Origin: Trichosphaerium sp. ATCC 40318
Taxonomy: Eukaryota > Protista > Tubulinea
Reading direction: 5' to 3'
DNA length: 64,000 bases
Assembly (NCBI GenBank): GCA_038496445.1
Contig: JALMLS010000455.1
Coordinates: forward strand, 868,001-932,000
Below the pieces are notes generated by a model. That model worked only from the letters and a program-made list of their open reading frames with translations. It had not been told where the DNA came from and did not search any database. This document shows, piece by piece, positions 49,195 through 62,429 of the stretch (position 1 is the first letter of the stretch; each line of letters opens with the position of its first letter). The translations under genes were made by a program, and so were the position numbers.

Positions 49195-52100
49195 TTACAA
49201 AGCTAATACATCTGCAGGACTGTCTGTGACTGAAACATTCTTGTATTTCTTTTTGAGGTACTTGACACTTGATTTATCTCCTAGAATAAACGGGATGAGT
49301 ATGCTACGATTGTTGTTTGTAAAACACATACCACAAAACACAAGAATAGGTATTTTACTCCATTTCTTATTTTGCGTAATTATACTTTTCACCAAGTGCT
49401 CTGCTGCATTCTCATCTCCATCACCTTTACGGTACCTGTTTGTTATAATACGTAGCCTGTTGTTACAATATCCTTTAAACTTTTGAAGCCATCCCAAAAC
49501 CTCTGAGGATGACATCATTTCCATAACCTTGTAGATTTTTGTTAGTAACCCTGCAACACCTGTGATATCTGATGTGCCTCGGTTTTCTTAGGACGAGCTT
49601 TTAATAGCTTCACAATCTCTTTGTTCTCATTGGATAAGTTATCATCAACCCATAAGATGAGACACTTTGCATCTCTGTACTTGATGTTGAACTGTTCCAG
49701 ATTGATAGTATTTATGCTTTGATAATAAACAAGGTATCTCGGAAGAATCTGTTAAAACAGAAAGTTAGAGGAAAACTGCCAAAAGGAGTTATTAACAAGA
49801 ATGTGAGGTTCATACTTGTTTGTTGGAGAATACAACAATTTCATCAAAGTCTGGTTTTTCATGTTTTTTACAAGGATAGCAAACGCGAGCACTTCCTTGT
49901 TTTTTAACAATGGCATAGTGTGAATCGTATCCATCCTATTTTTACATTGTTACACCACAACTAATGTGTAATTTCAATGGATTACCTTGCATCCTTTTCC
50001 ATACAGGCTGTTTGAATTGTTTGGGCTTGGAACCTCAGTAGCTGGATAGGGGTTTCCCATCATAACCCACGATATCAACATACAAGGAGTATCTGTCTTT
50101 TCCCACTCAGCATACACCTTTCCTACAACAGCTCTATTAACTCCAATATACATGACATTATAGACAAGTACCGTAATCAGGATATTGTGTAAAGTAGATA
50201 CCATTCCCTTTGTAATACAGTAAATTAGACATGTGCACATTGATAGCAACAGTATTTTAAACATTGTACCAAAGAATCCTTCATCTTTCTTGTCTTTTGA
50301 TTTTTTTGGGTCTCTGAAGTTGTTTGTTGCAATTAAGAAACTGGTATCCTATGCGTGCGTATAAGTAGCATACTTAATATGATGACAGTACCTGTGTTGT
50401 ACCATGAAACCCACCAATGAGATTGATTTGCTCATTACCAGAAACACGAAGAGTGTAGTTTTTCAAATGGTTCATTGTACGTTCTTGTGCTTCAAGTTTG
50501 TTTTTATCTATGCTGCCATTGTGTGAATCTAGATCACAGATTAGTATGATGAGTGACTATTTTTACACATGACGTACTTGAGTTTTTTGCATGTAGTACT
50601 TTGGAAACGAGATCATTATATTTTTCTTGGAATGCAGCTTCAAGTGTTTGATTGTCAAAGAATACAATCTTTTCAAGTTTAAAGAACGACTCACTCTCAG
50701 TACCCATAAACTTGTAAAACATATTGCGAGCTCTCAAGTACTCATCACAACGCTCCTTTTTAGATCAGTCAGCAAAGACGAAATAGCAAGTCAGAAAGTG
50801 TTACACATACTTTGGTTGTTTCGTTGCTTGTGAGAGAAGTCCATCTCAAACCCGGATACCTGATCATGTCTTCTTTCCAATCACCTTGTGTTAAGAATTG
50901 TTCACCATGGAGACTGCTCCAAAAGCTATTTTGGTTTTTTGACAATACAGGAAAACCTTCTTTCAAATGACACAAAGTGATGATGTCTCCTATAAATAGT
51001 TGGTGGCGTAGGCAAGTTCATATGGGGTTACCTGTTTGTTCAAACTTATATGGAGGTTTTTTAGCAACAACAATATGACCGCTTTGAATGCTTACAGGGC
51101 ATAGTTGAACTTGGGTACCTTCCAACAGTTCTAAGTATGATCCAATACATTTCTAAACTTATGTGAATGTTTTCAATACTTAAACATCATGCTGCTATCG
51201 TACCTTCCATAACCATGGCACCTTGCCTCTGATTACAATATTTACAGTGTGGTTATTGTAGTACATCACAATTGTGTTGCCATAAAAGTCATTCAATACA
51301 ATCAGATTTGAAAATAGGCGGAACTCTTTGTTTTGGAACTCTGTGATTTGCATTGTAAGTACAACATAAAAAGTTAGTTGTATGTACCCCTTAACCTTGT
51401 TTGTAAGGTATTAAACACATCTATTGATATTTCTGGGGAGGCAAATTGATAAGCCAAGAACTTTGGTACGGTTGATATGTGCTCATATTTACCAGGAAGT
51501 GACTATGCAAATTAAAAAAGAACAAACCAAAAAAACTTCCCATGGAAAAACCCTGAATGAACACATGTTTAAACGTACTATTGTTTGAGTCTTGTCATTT
51601 TTCTTGATTGTTTTAATCGTCTTGATTACAAACCTATTGTCTTTTGTAGGTATGAATGATAGTAACCTCCACTTTGTTGGCAACTTGCTCAAGTAAAACA
51701 CGTCAGAAAATATGGATAATTCCTCCTTTGTGTGTTTAACTAAATCAATACTGGACTCCTTTTCTGTCATTGGTGGAAAGTACAACATATCAGCTTTTGG
51801 CAATAATGAAATTATGATGTATCCATCTGAGCCGTACACTTTCTAAACCACTGTAAGTGGATAACATAATGTAAACTAATAAACAAGTGTTACCTTTTCT
51901 TCTCTTGTCAAGCGAACACAAAATGACAGTTCAACCAAGAATCTCATCACTTGCTTCACTTCAGCCATTGTACAGTTTTTGAATATCCTTGAGATGCGGT
52001 AATGAGCCTCTGCATAAGTGAATACAGCACAGTGATTTCGAGACTTGTCATTCAATAGTCTGTTCAGGTGTTCTGTAGGAGCAACAAAGACACTCATAAT

Positions 52101-54596
52101 ACGAGATAGAATGGGAGGGTCTAAACACAACATGTACGATGACTAGAGGATAATTAAATCAACTTCAAGTGTATAAAAAAGGTTGTAGGCAAGCAGTACC
52201 TCATCAAACATAATACTACCAATAGAGTGAAGGTAATTTAACGAGGCAACCAACTCAATTGGAGCCATTTTACAAGTTTCAGGTAATAGTTTGATGACTT
52301 GTTCACTATGGAAATGTTATTCATCTGTGTGATACTTCAACGTACATGGATATGATGTTACCCTTCAATCTATCTTTTTTCACAACTGCTTTCTTTAATG
52401 CTTTTTGTACTTTGTCATAAAGAGTTGGTACTTTTGGGTATTGTGACTTCATGTATTTTGCCTGACGCTTCAGTTGCTTCTCAAGATCAGGGACACCTTT
52501 TGAAACATTAGTATACTTGCTTATATTAATCTTAAATAACAGGTACCATCTAAGCAAAACACAAGGTACACTGACGATTTCATCTGATTGAAAGAGTAAA
52601 GCACTTTTTTATTGGCTTCGAAGTCTCCAGAACAGATGTCCAACTTGGATCCAAAAACAATGACTGAGTAGAATGTTGCATCTTGTCCATACAGAACCTT
52701 GCTAAGGGTATGAACCCAGTGCTTAAGGTGCTTCTTTTGTTCCACAATTGATAGTGATAAGTCAATCTAAAATAAATATTGAGAAAGGTTTGAACACGTG
52801 GTTTTTAGGATCTTACAACAATGACGTAAATGGCAAGTTGTTTTGCGAAAAAATACTTGTGAAGTCCTTTGTATTCCATCTGTCCAGCAAAGTCTAAAAC
52901 AGTGAATGATAAATCACCATATCTAAAACAAACGTCAGCATAACATCTCCTATCATTAAACACACAATAGAGAAGAGGTATCAAAGCCAACTGTTGAATC
53001 AACACTGTCATCTTTTTCGCCTGACAATTTCCTTACTAAAGTTGTCTTTCCTAATATTTACGTCAATGTAAAGAAACTCACATTGTATGAACGTACCTGC
53101 TCCTCCATGACCCACAACCAACAATTTTGCTTTCAATTGCTTCGTGTATTCATAATATGCGTGATCTATACCAGAAGCAACAATTGCTGGTTTTTTTTGA
53201 CTGAATCCAGAATATACAGCTTGAAATTCTTTTCTCGATGTATTGTGTATGTCTATTGGTATCACACGTGCCCCTGGGACCTCACGTGCTTCAGCGGTGA
53301 CTAATAGTGTTATAAGTATAAAGGATACAAGGGAGTTGTTGGTATGTACCTTGATGTAATGACATCTCAGGATCACATGCACAAATATCATAAACAAATA
53401 CCATATCACAACCGCAATTGTTGTTGTGTACATCTTTGTGCAGTTTTAAGTTTTTAACAATTTCAGCAAATGTCTCCTTTGAGTGGATGATAAAAATATA
53501 ACGTCCGTTACAAGTTATCATTTTGAAACCGTCTAGTAAAGGTGAATCAATCATATGTACTTCACACTTGCTAGTTATCCAGTCAACCATCTTGTTGAAA
53601 TACTTCCTTTCTACATACAAAGCTTTAATATCCTCGTATGACTTATCCTTAGAATTGTTACGAATAGATGGCATTCTGTTCATGTTTTTAACAAACGTGT
53701 CTTGATTTGGTGTTCCAGAAATCTTGCCTTCTTCTATTTTAAGAAACTTATTGTTTGAGAAATACCCTATTTCTTTATATCCACTTGCTGAATAAAACTC
53801 TCCAATACCATTCCTCTTTCCATTCTCAAATTGGCCAATATACTTGTCGCCATTAGGCCAATACAACTCTCCAAACCCTGACATCTTACTATTGACAAAG
53901 TTGCCACTGTATTTTTTACCACTCGGCCAATAATACTCTCCAGAACCACTCCTCCTTCCATCCAAAAATTCACCAGTGTATACCTCTCCATTTACAAAAA
54001 CCATCTTCCCAGTGCCTGAACTCTTGCCATCCACAAAGGTGCCAAAATAATTTTTACTCTTCTTCAAATTAGAGTGTGTTGAGATAATTTCTTTTTTGCT
54101 CTTCACAGAGGCTGTTGGTTTTTTTAAACGAGAAGAACCAAAGTTAAAATTATTCTCAACTGGCCAATAAAACGCTCCACTACCTGTTCTTATACCATCT
54201 AAAAAGTCACCAATGTATTTACTACCATCTCGCCAGCACAACTCTCCATGCCCTGACATCTTACCATCCACAAAGTCGCCATCGTATGTGCTACCATCAG
54301 CCCAATACAACTTTCCACGCCCTGTCATCTTACCATCCAAAAAGTCACCAATGTACTTTTTAACCTTCTGTCGGTCTTCTACGTCTTGTTTGTACCATAT
54401 TTGTTTACCTTTACCATGTCTGATACCCGATAAGCTTTTTATAGTTCCTGTGTAAAAACAACCCTCTTCAAGGATGACAAGTAGTTTTTTACCTAGCGTT
54501 CAAAGAATGAATAAAAACTGTAACGCAACAAATAAATCCCGACTTACGATAAACCAAAAGAGTATCATTATCATCAGCGCATTTACTATTGGCCAT
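49195..54596 (-). CDS. MORN / Roc / COR / PARP-like / receiver-like protein, copy 2
   Basis: Colinear with copy 1 with largely shared intron positions; ~8 diverged MORN repeats; GHGGAGKTTL, LDFAGQMEY, GFHGT, DEIVVF, LILWVDD. Confidence 0.88.
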
Positions 54597-55288
54597 TGTT
54601 TAAACGAAGACGACTTTGACAAGAAAAACCGACTTTGAATCTAAGAAAAGAAGAAATTAGCGAAAGAAGAAAACGATGCAGCGACAAGCAAAAAAAAGCT
54701 GAGTCTGTTGTTAATATGTAGTAACAAATCCCATTAGTACCTTGAAAGTATCTAACGCGGTAATCAAAGGGTTTTCGTTAAAGGTAAAGCTGAAAACTCT
54801 ACAAGACGTCAGTCATTGGTTTTAGTCACGTTGAGCGCATGTAACGAAAGGGAAGTTCACAACGCTCAAGGGAAAATAACAGCAAACCCTTTATGCGTTC
54901 AAAAGTTCAGGCGTACCACTAAATAACACATCAAACCAGTAACCAGTTTAATTTCTGTTTGTCACGTGATTTTTTGTTTACTACAGTTGACGCTCGCCCA
55001 AAATCGGAATACAGAACACAGACTATAATTTCAATCTACTCTTGATGACGCGTTTGTGGTACGGTCTTTGGCTAAGCCGTCTACTAAATTCTTAACTCAT
55101 TTGTTGCAGAAAATAATGTTACACAACTTGTTTTTCTTTTTGACAATGTTTGCTTCACGGATTCATGTATGTCCCTTTGGTTATATGCAATAACATTGCT
55201 GTAATTTAAGGAGTACTAAGCTTCCATCATGGAGTCAACTGGCAACGTACTATTTACAACATGCTTTTACTACTGTTTTGGTTTTTCA

Positions 55289-55902
55289 CTATCTTTCTAC
55301 ATCAATTGCGCCCATATTTAGACATTTGGTAGCAAATGGTACTGCTTCCTCATTCACGTTACCATTGTCGACTACTAGGCGCTACCGGAAGAAAGCGTAA
55401 TTAGTGAAGACGTCCGTTAAAATAATCGTACTTGTTGACACATCGTAATTAAAGGAACACTGGTCATTACAACACATACAAGGAGGAATATAGTGCCTAT
55501 TGTTGCTATACCCCAAAAAAGAACTGAAGTAACTATTTTACAAGCCAAACTACACGCGCTATTGCCTTTGAAACGACAAAAACGTGTTAACGAAACGACA
55601 CGTTGCAACAGGAGTTTTTTCTCGAAAAAAGAAGAAAACGAATTTAGGAGAAGGGGAATGTATTGTTTTACCTATGAGTGTGTTGTGCGCGCTTGATACA
55701 AATAAACCAATGGTGCCAGTGATAACACAGCCAACACCGAAAAGAAAGAATAGACATGCTGTTTTAATACAAGTGTTGTTGTTAGCAAGAATGTGACGAA
55801 CAAGTTGCATCGTTTTTTTTGGTATTGCAAGAAAAAAATTGACTTGTGTGCGCCTATTGCAAAAAGTCTTGAACTTTTATCATAACACGTCGTGCACGTC
55901 AC
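55289..55902 (-). CDS. Small multi-pass membrane protein (boundaries uncertain)
   Basis: Hydrophobic exons CLFFLFGVGCVITGTIGLFV and IVTSVLFWGIATIGTIFLLVCVVM separated by GT-AG introns. Confidence 0.4.
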
Positions 55903-56183
55903 ATGGTTTCAATAATAAAAACCACAAGAGCGACACGTATTATAGAAAAGAAGCTGAAGCACACAAAGAAGAGTAATCAGTACGTAAGGGTACAAGACAT
56001 CGCATTGCACAGTGGAGTAATATCAGATGACGCAAGGAGTCAGAGCATTGACAGGTGCAGGTAATATATTTTAGATAGATACTGGCTTCTTTGTGTTGTT
56101 AACAGCTGGTTGGCGGAAGTGTTACAAACTAGCTACAATGAAACAAGTGTAACCCTTTTTTGCTTCAACGTTTTATTTTTCAT

Positions 56184-57995
56184 TTATTCTTCCTCAACTC
56201 CGTCTAAAAATAACGATAAAGCTTCTCTTTCTTCTTCATCATGTGCTCTTTCTAAAAGAGTTTGTTTTGATAGTCCAGCCTTAACTGCTAAATTGATCTT
56301 TTCTTCAGCACTTTTTAATTTTGTTACAAGACCTTCCAAGCATATATTGCCCTAGGATTAAAACAGGACTGTCAATAACAAGGAATACTATTAAAGATTT
56401 CAACGTGTTATGTAAATGGTTTGAATGTATTTGTTTTATAAACACGTGGTATGAACGTGCAGTCAAAGTGGAGAGAAATGAGAAATGGTTTTGGTTTTTT
56501 TTGTCGTTTTTTTTGTTTTTGTTTCACAAAGAAATACCTCATGATCTATAATCCAAACTTGTATATCAAGATCTTTTACCGAAGCCCCTACTTTGAATGT
56601 ATTTGAAACAAATACAGGTCGAATCTAAATTGTGTTACTTGTGAGTTTAAAAGAAAGACGAACCAAGCGATATTCAAAAGATTCTATTTCATAGTCAGAA
56701 GGTATTGATCTTTCCACGAGGTTTAGAGCAAACTTCATAAGTAAAGGTCCATGTACAACAAGATCTATGTAACATTTAAAAAAGTTTGGAGAGATTTATA
56801 AATACCTGGGTAACCTTCCTCTTGGCAATACTTCAAGTCTACTAAGTGTTAGCATAAATGTAGAAAAAAATAAAATTTGTTTGCTGTGGTTTTACCGTAG
56901 TGTATGCGGTGTGCGTTATATGTGAGTGCAGAATATTGAAATAACATTACTATATCAGGTGTTATATCCATACTTACTGCAAGATCAGTTGGTGCTAGAT
57001 GAAGGGTAAACAAAGTAATTTTCTTATTTAATTCTTAGGTCTACCTTTCTTGACTGTAGCGTTTTCAGGTGACCATTTATTACTCTTATAAATGATATTT
57101 ATACTCTCTGATACATGCATACCCTTAATAGAAACAAAAGCGTAGTTATGCTCTCGAAGAATAATTGTATCATCGCTGGACTTTAATTTTTTTTCAATGT
57201 CATGTTGAACTTGACGTCTTTCTTTCAACGTTTGCCCAATGAGTACATCGTCTCTAAAATTAAGTTTACCACCTCCCCATACCCTAAATATAACAGTAAG
57301 TACATACTCACAAAGCTAGAAATGAGGAGAAAGTGACACAAGCAGATTTTACGGAAAAATCGTGTTGACCTGTCTAAACGGCTGTAAAACATTTTATTAC
57401 CTATGTGGATGCGTTGGCGGTGCGTCATTTAGATGTCCGTCTACGCCAATGTCTTCACGCTTTGCTACATTGTGTTCTCTGTAATATAAGTGATGCCATC
57501 CTTTTTATCGTTGTTAGAGCGTATAAGAAGCCTCACTAGTTGTACCTTTTGGTATTGGCGTATTTTCTTCCCATTTTGTCGTATTGTGGTTTAAAACATT
57601 GGCTAGTGCTATTACAGGCTCTTTGCGAATGAATTCATCGGTAATAGTGACAGGGGGAACTGGTTTTGGTTTTCTATGTACGTGCCTAACATAAGGACCT
57701 TTTTATAGTGGTCAGAGGCAATCAATTGTTGATTTACGAGAAAAAAAATAACTTACGCGTATTTACTGCTCTATAGCATCTATTTAGCATAATTATACGT
57801 TAAGGAGAATACCTGTATGATTACTAGCCTTTGGAACAAGTCAGGTACTGTTTAGGGTTTTCGGTGTCAAACAGGTTTTGCCTACCAAAATCGTTTTACA
57901 GTGTATTGTGATTCCACTCTTCCAAAAGTCGTATTACTGCTGTTGTTTACTAAGCTGCATTTCAATTAAAAATGCTGAGAAAGTCCTCACCGCAT
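56184..57995 (-). CDS. HTD2 / mesaconyl-C4-CoA hydratase-like (MaoC hot-dog fold) dehydratase
   Basis: PDIVMLFQYSALTYNAHRIHY and LVVHGPLL motifs, FEYRLIRPVFV; start position tentative. Confidence 0.8.
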
Positions 57996-58164
57996 TCAGC
58001 TCCTATCACGTGCGTTTATTTCTTAGTTTAGCAGGCTGGATTATTTTTAATAGTATTTTTGATGTAGAAGGAAGAAGAAAAGCCGTCATTCTAAGGGCTC
58101 TAAAAATGATATAGATAGTAGCTGGAGTTTAGCATTAGCTATTCCAAAACAGAGGCAACGTACA

Positions 58165-58824
58165 ATGTCCCTTGGGGACGTTACATTACCTTCTAAGCAA
58201 AAGAGAAGCAGAGACTCAACAGATGAAGTAAAAATAGCTTATGGGATTGTTGAAAAGCTAAAGCGTGAAAAAAGGGCCTTACAATCACGTTTTCTTGACG
58301 TTACCGAAGCTTTGAATAAAGTCCGGAAGGAGAACGCTATTCTTAGAGAACAAGCCGCCAAGTACACGTGATATCAATCAAACATAGCTGCTAACTACTT
58401 ACAGTCACGCTACGGAGTTAAAAGCAGTACACAGAGCAACGAAGGCTGAGCGTAGTAAAGCTTCACGTATTAGGGATGAAAGAGAGGCTCTTGAAGGTGT
58501 TATTGAACATATGAAGCTTACTGAATCATACGGACAGAAAGTTTTGTGTAAGGTAGTAAAACGTCTTTTAGATTTTTGTATTGCATGTGATACTTATTGG
58601 TATTTTTCTAGAATTGCTGTGAGTTGCCTGTTGACGCTATTTATTTGCCTTGCAAGCATGTACAATGTACGTTATATAAAAAGAAGTAACTTAACGGGAC
58701 GGGTTTCTAACTAATTATATAGTTGCTACAAGTGTGCAACACATTCGCATTCAAAAAAGTCAAGATGTCCAGAGTGTTTGCAGTCTGCTACAGTCGAACA
58801 ATTCTTTCCTCATTACCTAAATGA
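58165..58824 (+). CDS. Coiled-coil + C3HC4 RING finger protein
   Basis: Spliced CKNC...YLPCKH..CCYKC...CPEC after a coiled coil. Confidence 0.8.
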
Positions 58825-59005
58825 CGACCTATCTGTAATGTAACTTTACAACAATAAAAAGTGTATTTGTAGTTGCTTGTAAAATAAACTTCGAAGGAGT
58901 AGCGTAGAAGCGAAGATGAAGTGGGTTCAAGCGAATAAAAAAGTCATCACGTGATATCAAAGACTCCGTTAAGTAACAAGAGTCGTTGTTTTTGCTTGAT
59001 AACCT

Positions 59006-60517
59006 ATGAAACGGCAGCTAGAGAATAGCGAGAATGGCAACAAGCCCGTGAAGCGCCTCAAAACAGAAGATAAAGATAGTAATCCTCATATAGCTCAATA
59101 TACATCATGCTTTGGTATAAATGACGAAAGTGATGTTTGTGAACGCGTCGCGAAGCGTGTGCTTATTCTAGGCGATGGTGATTTTTCATGGGCTGTTGAA
59201 GCAAAGAACAAGGTATTCATGCACCAAGACGTTGTTGCTACAGGATACGAGAGCGATAGCATTGTTTTTGTAAAATACGCCACAGCAAAGGCAAATGTTG
59301 ACATATTAAGGTAAGAAGCATTTTTACGCGTACGAAGCGTGTAGGACTTATTTCTGTTTAAAACTAAATAAAAGCGGTGAAAATAACGATAAAATGCTGA
59401 CAACATGCTAGAGAGAAGGAAGTAAAAGTAATACATGGCGTAGACGCTACTAATCTACAACTCGATCAGTTTTCTGATAAATTCGATATAATCGTCTTTA
59501 ACTTCCCTCATCATGACGGAAAAGGTATAAAAAACTACAATAGTACATTTTAAGATTATTCTAGGCAAGATTCACCTCAATAGAGAGCTGTTATTGAAAT
59601 TTTTTAAAAGCGTTCAAAATGTAATGTCGTCTGGCGCCAAGATCCTTGTCGCTCTAGCTCAAGGTCAAGGTGCGTTAAACAAACTCCAAGGGGTGTGATT
59701 GTTAAGATTTCTAACGTTGATGGTAAGGTGGTACGCCAGTGGATAAGCAGAGACCAAAACCAGGTGATCATTGGCAAATAGTTGAACAAGGAGCGATGGT
59801 TTGTTGAAGTCTATGTTATTACTACCTCACAATTTGCTTTTAGGCTGGTCTTGTTCTTATTAAAGTATTACCATTTCCAACTAGCATATTTTGTGATGTA
59901 TATAAACCAACAGGGAGACATGGCACGTGATTTTGTTGACGTAAACGAATTCTTTAAAAACAAGAATTTTTTTGGAAAGAAGTCTTCTTCATGGAACCAG
60001 TTAAAGATTTTTCGGTAAATCGATACCTTTTTCTATTATTTAAAACATTAGGGTAAAAGAAAACACTCATGCACGTTTAATTTTCTACAGCGTCTTGTTT
60101 TTTTTTGTTGTTCTTTTTTAGAATTAATTGCTAAATTTAGGACGTGATTCCTGTTTTCATATCGCAAAGAGTTTGGTACACGTTCTTGTATCTGAAAACC
60201 TCGGCCTTCGTTGTCTATATCCTGGTAAATATAAACACCATATAAGTTTCTATATAAACAGTGGAGAGGTTACAAAAGAATCATTCAAAGAATGGATTAC
60301 AAAAACAGTTTTCAAAAAAAACGTTGTTGGATCACTTACACTCATTGATACATATAAATGTAGAAAATCAGGACGCAATAGCCAAACATATGAGATTATT
60401 TATTGTGGTGAAAATACAGCTGTATCAAAATTAAGCTCTGATTCACTTAATGCATCATTAAGATCTGCCATTAATCTAAGAGATGACTTGGACTTACGAG
60501 ATAGGCTACAGGAGTAG
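59006..60517 (+). CDS. FDXACB1: BMT5/DUF2431 methyltransferase + ferredoxin-fold anticodon-binding domain (FDXACB1-like)
   Basis: RVLILGDGDFSWA, VIHGVDAT, FDIIVFNFPH; C-terminal YKHHISFY...LIDTY...GRNSQTYEIIY...LR. Confidence 0.8.
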
Positions 60518-60994
60518 CCAGCATGCTATTTACGACTTTGGCTGCCCTCAGGATTACATTGATTCTGTAGATACTACTTCTACTGTTCTTGTGAATAAAA
60601 AAAAGTAAAGTGTTTGTTGTTGACTGATAAGTGTAATTACTAAACATTGTACAGTCACAAAGTGCTTGCCTCCTTTGACGAAAATCTAAGCTAGGCTTGA
60701 ACAGTTTGTATATCGTAAAGGATTTCACTTGAAATAACGCCATTGTATTGTAGCGCTAAGCCTACTTTGTAAAAGGCCACCATCGATTTGTAGCACGCAC
60801 GTGACTTTCTGCTTGTATACTCACGTGAAGTACTTCATAAGGATACACCAACGGTGTAGCTTGCAGTTGCACAAGGTTACCTATGCTCACAAACCATCCT
60901 GATTTTTCAGGCTTAGCGCTAAAACAAAATAGCGTTATTTCGGGGCAAATCTTGCTAGGAGGTAACAAATACAGCTGCCCCGTTCTTTTCATCT

Positions 60995-61327
60995 TTATTT
61001 TACATCTTTTGGTTTGTTATCCTTCATTTGCATGAGAAAGTGTACTCCGCTGGTGCGTGGGTATATTTCGAGCTCCGATACTGTTTTTGAGCCCATGCCG
61101 CTTGCCATTGGTATTATAGCTATTCCTCTGGCCTTATGAGTGCCTGAAGGAGGGATTCCCATTGTTACTCTTATTTTATTATCATCAAAACAAGGCCATT
61201 TTGATTTGTATAGCGTAGATATCTCATTCAGTGTCGTGTTTGGAGTAATATAAAATCCTTTAGACATAGAGCACGAAAGAGGCCCACAATACATCCATTT
61301 CTTATCTTCTTCACCTTTATCAGTCAT
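60995..61327 (-). CDS. 110-aa intronless hypothetical protein, possibly ubiquitin-like fold
   Basis: Clean ATG-TAA ORF with A-rich start context; ITPNTTLNEI...KTVSELEI....VHFLM spacing resembles Ubl. Confidence 0.5.
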   Translation of the reverse strand: MTDKGEEDKKWMYCGPLSCSMSKGFYITPNTTLNEISTLYKSKWPCFDDNKIRVTMGIPPSGTHKARGIAIIPMASGMGSKTVSELEIYPRTSGVHFLMQMKDNKPKDVK

Positions 61328-62230
61328 TTGTTGTTATTTATGGTTTAAAAATAGTTATTAAATATACATCGTTGCCTTAATTAACAAATATAACTCTTTT
61401 CACTGAACAACGTTAAAACTGATTTTATTTATGTGGATCGCAGAAAAAGTGTGTAAGACTCGCACCGAAAATCAGTAACTGTCGTTTTTACAAACTATGC
61501 TATTTACCCAGTGTTAGAATTAATGTGCTGAAGTGAGTGCGCATAGAAAGCTGAAACTGGGATGTTCCTGTAAGTTACAACATGGAATTGACTGGATTTA
61601 TTGATCCTAACTTACGTGGCTATTAGCTGCTCCGTGTACGATTATTATTGCGTACAGTTTACATACAAACTGTAGGCGGTACATTACGCGATATGAGTTC
61701 TATTGATGGTAATCTGAAAAGATGTGAAGACTCAATAACTTGCAGTTCTGCAATGAAATTACAAATAGTCAACGTATCAATTGTAAATAACGAACACAAA
61801 TAGCTTATGGTGTTCACTGTCCTTATCCATATGAAAGCTAATCAAATACAAACCGTCTAGCATATCTGTATATTTAGTGATCCTAAAAACACAGTTAAAC
61901 AAGGACTTTGTATCTGGCCAGGGACAATAAAGGAACCTTGGAGAACGTATTTTATACCTGTGACTATGTTGTTGTGGTTGCACATGACTTTTTTGTGAGA
62001 AGGTAGACTTGTAATGCAATGTTCCCCTCGCGTCACACATTCACGAGATAGAAAGCGATCGCTTACTAACGCGAAAAGGAACAAAACATACACTTGTACA
62101 CCAATCCAACCTACAGAAACTGTAGACCATTCATGTTTCCGCGTACTTACGTGGATTTTGTTTTTCCATACATAGCAGTGATAGGATCAGTCAAATCTTG
62201 CAGTTTTTAACAGATCAAGAACTAACAAGA

Positions 62231-62369
62231 TCAGTCAAGTTAGTCAACTAGGTATTTCGTCAGTAATTGTTCGCTCTGGAAGCACTTTATTCGTGTTGAA
62301 GTACAACCATTGGAGCACTTTTTACGAGAAAAATAACTGACGAAATAAGTAGCTGACTAACTTGACTGA
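62231..62369. mobile_element. 139-bp foldback/MITE-like element
   Basis: 38-bp terminal inverted repeat TCAGTCAAGTTAGTCA(A/G)CTA..TATTTCGTCAGT with 4 mismatches; internal TGG(A)AGCACTTT direct repeat; no clear TSD. Confidence 0.7.
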
Positions 62370-62429
62370 AACGTACAATATTTCCATTAGCTAAAGTTAC
62401 CGCAAGAATATGTAGCAGTTAAGCCAATA

